Source of the DNA: a virus
Virus record (IMG/VR): IMGVR_UViG_3300048838_000628
Span: 1 to 64,000 of that record
Strand: one strand, 5' to 3'
DNA: 64,000 bases
Shown: positions 18,303 through 28,177 of the stretch, in pieces
Position numbering within the stretch: the first letter of the stretch is position 1
Layout of the letters: every line of letters begins with the position of its first letter
Program-made: the position numbers and the translations under genes
The notes under the pieces: generated by a model
Database searches by the model: none
What the model was told of the DNA's origin: nothing
What the model saw: only the letters and a program-made list of their open reading frames with translations

Positions 18303-18699
18303 CAACTATATTAAGATTTTTAAGAACGGGAAGTATGTATATATCTATAGATTTATACTTGGCACGAGAACAACTAACGGTGATATAGGCGATTTTATTG
18401 AATATAAAGTGTATGTCAAAAAGAAAAATATGGAGAGCCTGTTTGTAACAACAGAGTTTTATATTGGCACATTGGGTGTGTATCAAGAAAATTTAGATAA
18501 TCGAATTCTAGATACAGAAAGAGGCAGGATAAGTTTACAGATTAAACTAACTGACAATAAACAGTATGAATTACCGGTTAGTTTGTTGCTAGACTATTTA
18601 AACCACTCTAGTGAAGAATTTCATCAGTTTGTTGTTCGACTTGTTTCTGAAGTTATTGAAATCATAAACAAAGATTTATTACATGAACAAAATAAATGA
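18295..18699 (+). CDS. Hypothetical protein (resembles 19482 gene)
   Basis: GDIGDFIEYKV versus EEGDLIEYHI in the 19482 gene. Confidence 0.6.
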   Translation: MSDNYIKIFKNGKYVYIYRFILGTRTTNGDIGDFIEYKVYVKKKNMESLFVTTEFYIGTLGVYQENLDNRILDTERGRISLQIKLTDNKQYELPVSLLLDYLNHSSEEFHQFVVRLVSEVIEIINKDLLHEQNK

Positions 18700-19102
18700 G
18701 TTTATAAACCATGAACGGTTTGTTTCTATTATGTCTCTAAGCAACGATGCTTTTGGATTGGGTTGCGAATTGCTTATTATATTTAACTCTGACCCATATG
18801 GAGAGAAGTGGCCGTTTAATAAATTCTTTGCCATTAACATACCAAATAGACTGTTAGTGTATATGTGCCCATTTGAAGTACAAATAAATAACGATTATTC
18901 CACTTCTATTGTTTATGACCCTGCGATATTTTATACAATGACCTATAATCCTTATTCTAGTTTAGAGGGCATAGAATTCAATTCTGCAATTGACGGAGTA
19001 CTTGAATCGCTCCCTAATTATATTAGCACTCTGGCCGACGATGTATCTAGTTATCTTATAAGCACAAGCGAAAGATATGATATATGGTCATCCATACGCT
19101 AA
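18683..19102 (+). CDS. Paralog array C member
   Basis: Ends YLISTSERYDIWSSIR. Confidence 0.65.
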   Translation: MNKINEFINHERFVSIMSLSNDAFGLGCELLIIFNSDPYGEKWPFNKFFAINIPNRLLVYMCPFEVQINNDYSTSIVYDPAIFYTMTYNPYSSLEGIEFNSAIDGVLESLPNYISTLADDVSSYLISTSERYDIWSSIR

Positions 19103-19497
19103 TAACAGATCACAGATTTTTTAGAGGTTTAAATAAAGAAATCAACTGGTTTGATGAAGCTTATGAATTTCTTATTAACTACGATACTGATTATGTACCC
19201 AATAAACTGTTTAACGTGTACAATAAAGATACAGATATAGAGTATGGCATTTTGCGCTTTACGGTTAATATTAAAGACGACATAACAACAATAGAATTCG
19301 ATCTAGACTATATAGAAGAACTTATACATATTCCAACTAAAGCTGATAAAAATTATTATTCAGAAGTAATGGCTGATATACGAAATCAAATAGTTGAAAC
19401 CTATTTAGCATCACCTTATTCAAGCGAAGAATCTGAAGAAATCTACGGCTTTATTATAGATACCGAAAACGCTTATAGAGAATGGCTAAAACGATGA
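19084..19497 (+). CDS. Paralog array C member
   Basis: Ends IYGFIIDTENAYREWLKR. Confidence 0.7.
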   Translation: MVIHTLITDHRFFRGLNKEINWFDEAYEFLINYDTDYVPNKLFNVYNKDTDIEYGILRFTVNIKDDITTIEFDLDYIEELIHIPTKADKNYYSEVMADIRNQIVETYLASPYSSEESEEIYGFIIDTENAYREWLKR

Positions 19498-19931
19498 TGT
19501 ACACTTATAGATATTCAGACAGTGATATATTTGTTTATTCTTTAGATCAAAAAGTAAACTACGGTACTGAAGAAGGTGATTTAATAGAATACCATATTTC
19601 TATTGGCTATGATTCTAAAGACCGATTAGTTAGAAAAATTGCGATTGTTTCTAAAGAACTTTTTCAGTGTTCAACATTACCTTTTTCTGTTTATATATGT
19701 GAACAGAGTGTAGACGTAAGTTATGACTTAGATTACATGTCTTTTGAATCCGAATTTAATAAAGATCAAAACGGCACAAGATTTCATCGTTTTAGATCAG
19801 CAGTTAACGCAATACGAGATTATCTAATAGATGACTTGCTAGACCTTGGTAATCCAACAGACGAAACAAAAGCGGTATACGATTTTATTTTATCTACAGA
19901 AAAAGAGTATAGAGAATGGCTGACCCGATGA
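19482..19931 (+). CDS. Paralog array C member
   Basis: Ends VYDFILSTEKEYREWLTR. Confidence 0.7.
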   Translation: MAKTMMYTYRYSDSDIFVYSLDQKVNYGTEEGDLIEYHISIGYDSKDRLVRKIAIVSKELFQCSTLPFSVYICEQSVDVSYDLDYMSFESEFNKDQNGTRFHRFRSAVNAIRDYLIDDLLDLGNPTDETKAVYDFILSTEKEYREWLTR

Positions 19932-22792
19932 CAGAAATAATTCATTTGCATAACCATCTAGCAAGCCATGATACGTATGGCAGTATAGAATATTCTTTGG
20001 GCAAACTAGCAGAAAAGGGTATTAAGTATTACGCCACAACAGAACACGGCACTTTGCATCATGTTATTCGTTTGCTAAATGCTGCCAAAAATTACGACAT
20101 CAACATCATCGTTGGACTTGAACCTTATGTAGAATACAATGACCAAATCTATCACATTACACTTCTAGCAAAGAACAAAGAAGGTTACTATAATTTAGTA
20201 CGACTAAACAATAAAGCAAAGATGCGCGGTGCTGGTAGCATGAAGCGCAACCGTAGCGTCGTTACTATTGACGATTTAATTGAATTCTCTGAAAACGTTA
20301 TTATGCTCTCTGGTTGTCCTGCTTCGCCTTTGCAAACAACAGAACTTGACATGGTTCTTGTTTCGCGTTTAAAGGCGGCCTACGGTGATGATTTTTATGC
20401 AGAGGTACAGATACTAGGAGAGGACGATAAACACGCTCTACGGGGCTTGCAGATAGCAAAAACAACCGGTTCTAAGATCGTTGTGACTAATGATAATCAC
20501 TTTATCTTAGAAAGCGATGCAAAGAGTCATGAACGGTTTATGCGAGTTATTCACGGGTTTGCTTATGATAGCTCAAATAACTTTTGTGCTACAGCAGACG
20601 AGATTGTTGCGCGCAATCCTAAACTAGAAACTCTTATTAGAGAAGGGATCGCTAATACACACGAAGTATTAAGCAAGATCGAATTCTTTAATTTAAACGC
20701 AGAGCCTACTCTGCCTGAAATTCCTGATGCTGAAAACATTTTACGAAAATTAGTTTATGAAGGGCTAAATGAAAAAGTTGTTGCTGGTCTTGTTGAAGAC
20801 AATAACGAAACACGAGAACAGATCGAATACGAACTTAGCGTTATCACAGACAACCATTTTGCGAGTTACTTTTTACTAACTAAAGATATTCTTGATTATG
20901 CGAGAACGAATAAAATTAAAGTGGGTTATGGTCGTGGAAGCGCCGCTGGCAGTATTGTTTCTTACTTGTTGGGGATTACTCAAGTTAATCCTAAAAGCTA
21001 TGGTCTGCTTTTTGAGAGGTTTTTAAATCCTTCACGTATTGAGATGCCAGATATTGATAACGATATTGCTAGTAGTGGTCGCAAACAAGTGCTTGAATAC
21101 GCCAATAGCAAATATGGCGCTTTGCAAGTAGCGGCGTTTGATACATTTGGTTTACGTAGCACATTGACCTACGGCAAAAAGATTGGGGACTTTCATTTAA
21201 ATCAAGACGATATTATTCCAATGCACGAAGAAGATGATTACGAAGGAGTTAAATACGCAGAGTTTGCTAAGAAATATCCTGATTATGATAACTTTGCCAA
21301 GCCATTAGACGGTCAGATTAAAAACATCTCTCGACATGCAGGTGGTATTGTTATTGTGCCAGACCAAGAAAAGGATCATATTCCGCTAGAGCAAAGCCCT
21401 GATGGGGATTTAATTGCCGCGTTTGCTGAAGGGCAAAGCGGCAAAGATTTGGCGTTAGCCGGTATGGTTAAGTTTGACGTTCTAGGATTAACCGCACTTG
21501 ACATTCTACAGGAACTAGAGCATACTACGGGTGTTGAAGCGCCACATCCCCCTATAGGCGATTCTGTAGAGTTTGATATATTCCGTAGCGGTAAGACTTC
21601 TGGCGTGTTTCAGTTTTCTGGTGCAGGCATTACTAGATTTACAAAAGAAGCGCATCCGACAGACTTTGAAGATATTATCGCTATTAATGCAGTATATCGT
21701 AAAGGTACACTTCTTGGCGGTACTGGAGAGCTTTATAAGAAAGTTAAGACAACTGGTAAACCTAGGCTTCTTGGACATGCCGAGATTGATAAAATCCTAA
21801 AGAAAACATATGGCTTGATTATTTACCAAGAAGATGTTATGAAGTTATACGCTTGGGCTACCGATAAGGACTTTGCCCATGCTGACTTTGCTAGAAAGAC
21901 TTTGGTTAAGTTTAATAAAAACAATCCCAAGTCTGTAGCCGCTGTTGAACAGCTGAAACAAGAAATGTTTGATGGTATGGCTAAGAAAGGTGTTAGCAAA
22001 AAGGTTCAGAACGAACTGTGGAGCGAGATCGTTACTCATAGCATGTATAGTTTTAATCGCTCACATGCTGTAGCGTATAGCTTTATTTCTTGGGCTATGG
22101 CGTGGTTTAAGTATCACTACCCTCTTGACTTTTATACTGTGTGCCTGAATTATCGTTCACACGAAGAACGTCAACAATTTATCTTTGATATTATTTCTGA
22201 AGGCTATGAAATTTCATTTCCAGATGTTAATATCTCTGATGAAAAGTTTCGTAATGACGGCAAGAAAGTATTTATGCCATTAAGTGAAATTAAGGGCGTA
22301 GGCGGTGTTGCAGTAAATGAAATTATTAGCAATCGTCCTTTTGTATCTGTTGAGGATATGACACTCAAATGTATTAAGCGTGCGCTAAACAAAAAGGTTT
22401 TATCAGCGCTTTATTTTACCGGAGCGTTAGATTCTATTATTAGCTCTGATGCTGATAGAGAGTTTTTGCGCTTAGACGATTATACTAGATTAAATTATCG
22501 AGAAGTACAGCAAAAATATTTTGATCTAAAGATACCAACCAAAGCAATTTATGATCGCGTACTTGAAGTTCTAGATAAGAAATATAATAATAAAAATAAG
22601 TATAAGCTTTATGCTGGCGTTATCGCAGATAAAGAGCTTAAAAATAAAACAGTCTATAAATATATTGTTGTTCCTGATGGGCAGATGTTTTTTCTATCTG
22701 CTGATGATGAACACAATAAGCAGTTAGAAGTAGGTGACTGGATTTTGTTAGCTATGAACTATCGTAAGATAGAGAAATTGAGCAAACTATAA
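19916..22792 (+). CDS. dnaE: DNA polymerase III alpha subunit (family C)
   Basis: PHP domain HLHNH and TNDNH; GRGSAAGS; LLFERFLNPSR.MPDIDND; HAGG; KFDVLGL; YQE; YSFNRSHAVAYS. Confidence 0.95.
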   Translation: MADPMTEIIHLHNHLASHDTYGSIEYSLGKLAEKGIKYYATTEHGTLHHVIRLLNAAKNYDINIIVGLEPYVEYNDQIYHITLLAKNKEGYYNLVRLNNKAKMRGAGSMKRNRSVVTIDDLIEFSENVIMLSGCPASPLQTTELDMVLVSRLKAAYGDDFYAEVQILGEDDKHALRGLQIAKTTGSKIVVTNDNHFILESDAKSHERFMRVIHGFAYDSSNNFCATADEIVARNPKLETLIREGIANTHEVLSKIEFFNLNAEPTLPEIPDAENILRKLVYEGLNEKVVAGLVEDNNETREQIEYELSVITDNHFASYFLLTKDILDYARTNKIKVGYGRGSAAGSIVSYLLGITQVNPKSYGLLFERFLNPSRIEMPDIDNDIASSGRKQVLEYANSKYGALQVAAFDTFGLRSTLTYGKKIGDFHLNQDDIIPMHEEDDYEGVKYAEFAKKYPDYDNFAKPLDGQIKNISRHAGGIVIVPDQEKDHIPLEQSPDGDLIAAFAEGQSGKDLALAGMVKFDVLGLTALDILQELEHTTGVEAPHPPIGDSVEFDIFRSGKTSGVFQFSGAGITRFTKEAHPTDFEDIIAINAVYRKGTLLGGTGELYKKVKTTGKPRLLGHAEIDKILKKTYGLIIYQEDVMKLYAWATDKDFAHADFARKTLVKFNKNNPKSVAAVEQLKQEMFDGMAKKGVSKKVQNELWSEIVTHSMYSFNRSHAVAYSFISWAMAWFKYHYPLDFYTVCLNYRSHEERQQFIFDIISEGYEISFPDVNISDEKFRNDGKKVFMPLSEIKGVGGVAVNEIISNRPFVSVEDMTLKCIKRALNKKVLSALYFTGALDSIISSDADREFLRLDDYTRLNYREVQQKYFDLKIPTKAIYDRVLEVLDKKYNNKNKYKLYAGVIADKELKNKTVYKYIVVPDGQMFFLSADDEHNKQLEVGDWILLAMNYRKIEKLSKL

Positions 22793-23406
22793 TGCAAGTA
22801 TTCCTACCAATTAAAGTTACTGAAGAAAAAGATATATGGCGCATTTGCGAAATCTTAGACCGCGCTAGAGCAAACAAACAAATTATGGAATGTAAAACTA
22901 TTCTTAATGGAGGTTGGCCTAATCATCCATGTAGCAAGATGTACGCAGAGAACGAGCAGACAATAGCAAGTCTTTTGTTTTATTCTACAAATCTGCTATT
23001 GACATTTAACAAAACCTATGGTATAGTACATAAGACGAACTTTGACGAATTCCTTCCAGAAGAAGAATTTGAGTTCGAGCTACCGCATTGGTTTACAGAT
23101 GAAAACTTCTACAGTCATCATGCTGCCGCACTAATCAGAAAAAACCCAACCTATTATACTCTGTATCCTGATGTGCTTAAAAACGCACAGAACCTATTAA
23201 CTAATGCCGACATTGAATATCTTATGGAGATTGAGGACGAAGAAATAAGAACAGAATTGCTTAAACACAAGTTTAATTTTGAACATAACACCGGCGGAGA
23301 AACAGAACTCTTTGATAAAATAAGTTCAATTTATAAAAAGATGCCGAATATCTATTGGTCACATAAAAGCAATACCTATATTTATTATCCGCAGCAGTAT
23401 TCTTAG
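22792..23406 (+). CDS. Pyrimidine-dimer DNA glycosylase-like protein (MSMEG_6728 / endonuclease V-like)
   Basis: MQVFLP...LDRARANKQIME...GWPNHP...LPHWF...HAAALIRKNPTYY. Confidence 0.75.
   Translation: MQVFLPIKVTEEKDIWRICEILDRARANKQIMECKTILNGGWPNHPCSKMYAENEQTIASLLFYSTNLLLTFNKTYGIVHKTNFDEFLPEEEFEFELPHWFTDENFYSHHAAALIRKNPTYYTLYPDVLKNAQNLLTNADIEYLMEIEDEEIRTELLKHKFNFEHNTGGETELFDKISSIYKKMPNIYWSHKSNTYIYYPQQYS
22999..23027 (+). promoter_or_regulatory. Sigma70-type promoter upstream of helicase (intragenic)
   Basis: TTGACA-17-TATAGT with TGn. Confidence 0.7.
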
Positions 23407-23415
23407 GAGAATGTT

Positions 23416-24738
23416 ATGTCTTGGTTCGGCCCGCTAGTAACTAAGGTTCTGAAAGAAAAAGCATATGAGACTAAGAACTTCTTAGACCAGCTTCCTAAAG
23501 AAGCATACGATGAAATGCAGATCAAGGTGTTAAATTATATTGACGAATATCGTGTCACTTTTGGCGATATGCCAAATCTAGAAATCTTTAAAACAGACTA
23601 TCCGCAATATTATACAGAAGTTTATATCAACGTTCCTATTGAGGATTTGCGAGAACGCTTTAAGCAAGATTCAATTAAATATCTTGTGAATAAACGTATC
23701 AATGAATTTGAAATTGGTAAAGCAAAAGGTGTAGATCAAACCGAGCCGATTTATATTTTGGTTAACGAGATTAATACAGTTAATCAAGCAGGAAGAAATA
23801 AGGTTAAACGTGCCACTGATGTTAAAAACGTGTTTGAAACATTTGGTGGTGAAAGTATTTCTCTTGGTGTACCATTTATTGATAACGTTGTTAAGATGTA
23901 CGCTGGAAATTATTATTGTTTCTATGGACAATCTGGCGGTACTAAAAGCTATTTGATGTCTTATATCGCAGCACAACTAGCTCTTGCTGGTAAGAGGGTT
24001 TTAATTGCTCCATGTGAAGTTGGTAATGACGGTTATATTGCACGAATTAGCGGCATACTAAACAACTTCTCTTTGCGCAACGCTCTATCAGAGATAGAAA
24101 AAGATAAGGCGGCTATTGATAAATATGACCGTATTGCGAATGTAAGCATGAATTACCTTTCTATGGTTCGTGGTGGGGAGATTTATTTTACAGACAAAGT
24201 ATTCCCAACTATTTCTGATATTGAGAACGATTATAAAAATGTTAAACCAGATATTGTTATTGTAGATAGTGTTTATGATCTTGCTGCACGACATGAAAAA
24301 TATAGCAAGAACAAATACGAAGCTGAAGCTGATATTTCTCGGCAGATTAAAGAATTTTGCAAGTCTGGTGTAACAATTGACGATCACGTATATAAGCCGC
24401 GTATTCTTGTAGCCTCACAGTTGTCTCGTAACGCTAACAGTAAAACTGGCAACATGAGCGCATCTGATATTTTTGGTAGCACACAGTTCTTCTTTGATGC
24501 TGACAATTTCTTTCTTGTGTTCCGTTCACCGATTGAAGATAACTATTGTGTAGAGAGCATCAAGACACGCAATAGCGAAATGATTAAAGGCACTTACACA
24601 ATTCACTGGGACACTATGGTATTTGACTTTGAAACATATTTTGGTGTCAATGTATATGACGGCATCAAAACCCTTGGCAAGCATACCAAGAAAGATATTA
24701 CCGATTACGCTCTTAGAGATTTAGGAATTACGCTATGA
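23416..24738 (+). CDS. DnaB-like (SF4) replicative helicase
   Basis: Variant Walker A GQSGGTKS; PDIVIVDS; ASQLSR; DAD; IKTRN. Confidence 0.85.
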   Translation: MSWFGPLVTKVLKEKAYETKNFLDQLPKEAYDEMQIKVLNYIDEYRVTFGDMPNLEIFKTDYPQYYTEVYINVPIEDLRERFKQDSIKYLVNKRINEFEIGKAKGVDQTEPIYILVNEINTVNQAGRNKVKRATDVKNVFETFGGESISLGVPFIDNVVKMYAGNYYCFYGQSGGTKSYLMSYIAAQLALAGKRVLIAPCEVGNDGYIARISGILNNFSLRNALSEIEKDKAAIDKYDRIANVSMNYLSMVRGGEIYFTDKVFPTISDIENDYKNVKPDIVIVDSVYDLAARHEKYSKNKYEAEADISRQIKEFCKSGVTIDDHVYKPRILVASQLSRNANSKTGNMSASDIFGSTQFFFDADNFFLVFRSPIEDNYCVESIKTRNSEMIKGTYTIHWDTMVFDFETYFGVNVYDGIKTLGKHTKKDITDYALRDLGITL

Positions 24739-25613
24739 TAGGCGTTGATGTAAACAAGCTAGGGTTATCTGTAGCAAAGATATATCACAATACAGAAAGT
24801 TATAGCGTTTACTGTCCGTTTGGTACAGAGCGCACACCTAACGCTGTTTACAACCCGATCAAAGATAGTTTTAAATGTTATGCTTGTGGTGTGCAAATAA
24901 ATAAACGTGCATCTCAAAAGATCATCCAGTACACGCTAGGCAGTGTTGAATATAAAGACGTAAAATTTGATAAAGATAAGCAACAAGAATATAAACAATA
25001 TCTCAAGCTGCCTGTAGCATTACATAATGCTTATATACAAAGTAGAGGTTATGATAATAGTGTTATCTCACACTTTGATGTCAGGGAAGATGACACTGGA
25101 ATATATTTCCCTGTTCAACTTGTTGGTGGCGAAGTAGCGGGTGTTCAGAAAAGATTATATCACCCGTGGAATGATTTACGATATATTTATCTCGGTAACA
25201 GAGTTCCGCTTTATAACATGCAAAAAATACGCAAATACACTGGTGAAAGAATTTATATTGTCGAAGGTGTATTTGGAGTGTTAAACGCTTATCGTCATGG
25301 TTTTGAAAACGTTTTCGCTCTACTAGGGGTGTCTAATGTAAACAGAAAAATAGTTAATTCTCTAAAAGAATATGACGTACATCTTATATTTGACGATGAC
25401 AAGGCCGGTTATATAAATGCTATTAAATGGTTGAATATTAATCCACAAGCCAAAGCTATAGTAACCGGTCTTGAAGCTGATGAAATAGATTGGGGAATTT
25501 TACACGATGGGTTATTTACTTCTAGAATTTCTAGACTTGTAGAAAGTTCTGAAGCGGCAGGAGTGCATAAATCAGAATTGGAGTTCTTGTTTGACAAACC
25601 ATTTACTGTATAA
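24735..25613 (+). CDS. DNA primase (Zn-binding + Toprim)
   Basis: YCPF...FKCYACG; YIVEG; FDDDKAG. Confidence 0.85.
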   Translation: MIGVDVNKLGLSVAKIYHNTESYSVYCPFGTERTPNAVYNPIKDSFKCYACGVQINKRASQKIIQYTLGSVEYKDVKFDKDKQQEYKQYLKLPVALHNAYIQSRGYDNSVISHFDVREDDTGIYFPVQLVGGEVAGVQKRLYHPWNDLRYIYLGNRVPLYNMQKIRKYTGERIYIVEGVFGVLNAYRHGFENVFALLGVSNVNRKIVNSLKEYDVHLIFDDDKAGYINAIKWLNINPQAKAIVTGLEADEIDWGILHDGLFTSRISRLVESSEAAGVHKSELEFLFDKPFTV

Positions 25614-26241
25614 TAAGAACGGTGTGAAAAAGAAAATTGATGAAACACAATTATATCCAACACCTACGGAAATTATCACAGAAATTCTAGATGAAATATT
25701 TAGCAAATATCTTTATGATTATTCTAGAATGGGCACAGATACATTTAATATCTTAGATGCTGGTGCGTTTGATGGGCGTTGGGGCGGATATTTCCAAACA
25801 TGGGTACAGGATTACTATAAAATCAAGACGCACGCTACGTATATAGAGTTGCTTGACGAAGCTACAGTTTTAAAAGCAGGACGCTCTTATTGGGATAGAG
25901 ACAAAAGTACCGTCTTGTTTGAAACAAGTTTTCTTGATTATGCTCCAGAAGAAAAATTTAACGTAGTAATTGGGAATCCGCCTTACGGCAAAGAGTTCCC
26001 TTTATTTTGGAAAAAAGCTAAAGAATGTTTAATACCAAATGGATTAATTATGTGGCTACTGCCAACAGAATACCTGAACGGGCAATGGCGCAAAGATAAC
26101 GTTAATCCATATTTAGAACATGTTTATAATCTTAGTAGGCGTATTGACTTTACGGGTAAAGGTAGTCCTAATCGAAACTATTCTTTCTTTGTTTACAACA
26201 TGAGCAAAATTACCGAAGGGTACACTGGACACATACTATGA
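25591..26241 (+). CDS. N6-adenine DNA methyltransferase (motif I before NPPY)
   Basis: LYPTP; ILDAGAFDG; VIGNPPY; RRIDF. Confidence 0.85.
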   Translation: MTNHLLYNKNGVKKKIDETQLYPTPTEIITEILDEIFSKYLYDYSRMGTDTFNILDAGAFDGRWGGYFQTWVQDYYKIKTHATYIELLDEATVLKAGRSYWDRDKSTVLFETSFLDYAPEEKFNVVIGNPPYGKEFPLFWKKAKECLIPNGLIMWLLPTEYLNGQWRKDNVNPYLEHVYNLSRRIDFTGKGSPNRNYSFFVYNMSKITEGYTGHIL

Positions 26242-26930
26242 GATACATGGGCGGTAAATATAAAATTGCTAAAAGTCTTGTTGCTATTTTTAGCCAATCA
26301 GAATATGATACTTATATCGAGCCTTTTGCTGGTGGCATGAACGTTATCGATAAGGTTAAAGGTAAAAGAATAGCTAATGATATTAACCTTTATACTATAG
26401 CGTTATTTGATTCTGTTTCTAATCATGAGTGGATACCGCCTGAAGATATAACAAAAGAACAATATGATTATGTGATGAATAATTATAAAGAGCTGCCGCC
26501 TAACCTAGTTGGGTATGTTCTTTCTGGTTGTTCTTTTGGCGGTAAATGGCGCGGCAGTTACGCGCATCCAAACGGTAAAAGACATTATGGAAACGAAGCA
26601 AGACGAGCCATATTAAAACAAGGACTATTACTTGCTGGAACAGAATTTGTTTCTAAAGACTATAAAGATTTAGAAATTGGCAAAGGCAATTTAGTTTATT
26701 GTGATCCGCCTTATGCTGATACCACTGAATATGGTATTGAAAAAGGATTTGACCACAAAGAGTTTTGGGATTGGGTACGGTTTGCTTCTTTAAACAATAT
26801 CGTTTATGTAAGCGAATTAACAGCACCAGATGATTTTGAAGTTGTTTGGCAAAAAGAAATCAATCACACTTTAGATAAGAAATCAAACAAACGAAAAACT
26901 ATTGAAAAATTATTTAGGTGTAAAAAGTGA
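26238..26930 (+). CDS. Dam-family (D12) DNA adenine methyltransferase
   Basis: RYMGGK; EPFAGG; ANDIN; YCDPPY; FDH. Confidence 0.9.
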   Translation: MRYMGGKYKIAKSLVAIFSQSEYDTYIEPFAGGMNVIDKVKGKRIANDINLYTIALFDSVSNHEWIPPEDITKEQYDYVMNNYKELPPNLVGYVLSGCSFGGKWRGSYAHPNGKRHYGNEARRAILKQGLLLAGTEFVSKDYKDLEIGKGNLVYCDPPYADTTEYGIEKGFDHKEFWDWVRFASLNNIVYVSELTAPDDFEVVWQKEINHTLDKKSNKRKTIEKLFRCKK

Positions 26931-27838
26931 AAAACTTAGGGTTCTATGAAAGCTTTAATCTAGTCTATCCAAAGATAATTTCCGCAATCACAGAACTAAG
27001 CAATGTAATCTTTACACTTCTACGCAACCTAATTACGACAATTTTCATTCCAGTTATTCTTGTATTGGTAGTCGCTGTAGAAATTCCACGAGTGCAATCG
27101 GGTATCGCTTTATTTGATAATAACCCTACACACTCTAATTTTTCGGCCATTGTAATTGTATTGAGCTTTATCGTGTATCAGACACTAGATCACTTTGTTA
27201 AAGAACGCGAAGGCTATATTCGCAAACCAATATGGAACTTAAAAGTATTTGCCTTAAACTTATTATATCGAATTGGAGTTGGTGAAAAACGTTATGTCCC
27301 ACAAAGCAGCAAATACTCTTTTGTATCTGGACTGCTGAAATGGGGCATTATTATTATATCATTTATTGGTACAATGCAGCCACAAATTGTAGCAACCGGT
27401 GAAGAAGTTTGGTATACTGCAATTGTAAAAGTATTTCTAAACTCCAACCTAGAAACGTTTACCGGCTGGATTGTTGGCCTGATCTTCACATTTATGCTTG
27501 TGTACGCATCTGGTACGCTTGCGTATCATATCGCTGCTACTGCGTCTGAAGCACTTAAAGAGATTCAGATACGTGGCAAGATAATCGAAAACAATATTCG
27601 TAGACATACTATGTTGACACCAGAGCAATTTGGGCGTATGATTAGAAGTAGGAAAATACGACACTTTAAATATCTGGACGATGATAAGTTTAGCTATGAT
27701 GAAACTGGCAATATTGCAATTTTCTATGATTCGATTAATGAGACAGAACTGGAGTTTAGTTTAAATGAAAGTGCAGACAAGGCGCGGCTATTCAAGTACC
27801 TCAACGAAAACAGAGGTCTTGAGAATAATTCGGATTAA
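26927..27838 (+). CDS. Multi-pass membrane protein of unknown function
   Basis: About 4 hydrophobic segments plus a soluble C-terminal domain. Confidence 0.7.
   Translation: MKNLGFYESFNLVYPKIISAITELSNVIFTLLRNLITTIFIPVILVLVVAVEIPRVQSGIALFDNNPTHSNFSAIVIVLSFIVYQTLDHFVKEREGYIRKPIWNLKVFALNLLYRIGVGEKRYVPQSSKYSFVSGLLKWGIIIISFIGTMQPQIVATGEEVWYTAIVKVFLNSNLETFTGWIVGLIFTFMLVYASGTLAYHIAATASEALKEIQIRGKIIENNIRRHTMLTPEQFGRMIRSRKIRHFKYLDDDKFSYDETGNIAIFYDSINETELEFSLNESADKARLFKYLNENRGLENNSD
27614..27642 (+). promoter_or_regulatory. Sigma70-type promoter (intragenic)
   Basis: TTGACA-17-TATGAT. Confidence 0.65.
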
Positions 27839-28175
27839 TGATCGTCTTTTGATTTTCAATAATCAAGAAGAATTTGACAATACTATTAATGGAATTTATA
27901 GTCAGCTTGTTGCCGTTGGAGACTTTCTTTATATTGACTACAGCGGCGAATATGTTATTATTAACAAAAACACAATCAAAGAAATTGAAACTTATACAAG
28001 TCAGACAGGCTTCGTTAACTTTATTCTAGAACAGATCAAAGAGATTTCTGGTATTACTGAATTGCACAAAGCAAAAGCAGATAAGGATTTCTTCTTTGAA
28101 CTTTCTACAACTTACACTAAAGAACGCTTTGTAGTCTTACAAGAAATGTTTAATCAACTCATGAGAGGGTATTAA
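27765..28175 (+). CDS. Hypothetical protein
   Basis: ORF track; the true start is probably the TTG at 27819 after GAGG. Confidence 0.55.
   Translation: MKVQTRRGYSSTSTKTEVLRIIRINDRLLIFNNQEEFDNTINGIYSQLVAVGDFLYIDYSGEYVIINKNTIKEIETYTSQTGFVNFILEQIKEISGITELHKAKADKDFFFELSTTYTKERFVVLQEMFNQLMRGY
27874..27902 (+). promoter_or_regulatory. Sigma70-type promoter (intragenic, upstream of thyX)
   Basis: TTGACA-17-TATAGT. Confidence 0.6.
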
Positions 28176-28177
28176 TC

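Noticed and set aside
19916-22792. Intein or intron in dnaE
   Set aside because: The ORF is continuous and compact with motifs in order and no intein boundary signatures.
25591-25614. TTGACA...TATAAT upstream of the methyltransferases
   Set aside because: The spacer is only 12 bp.
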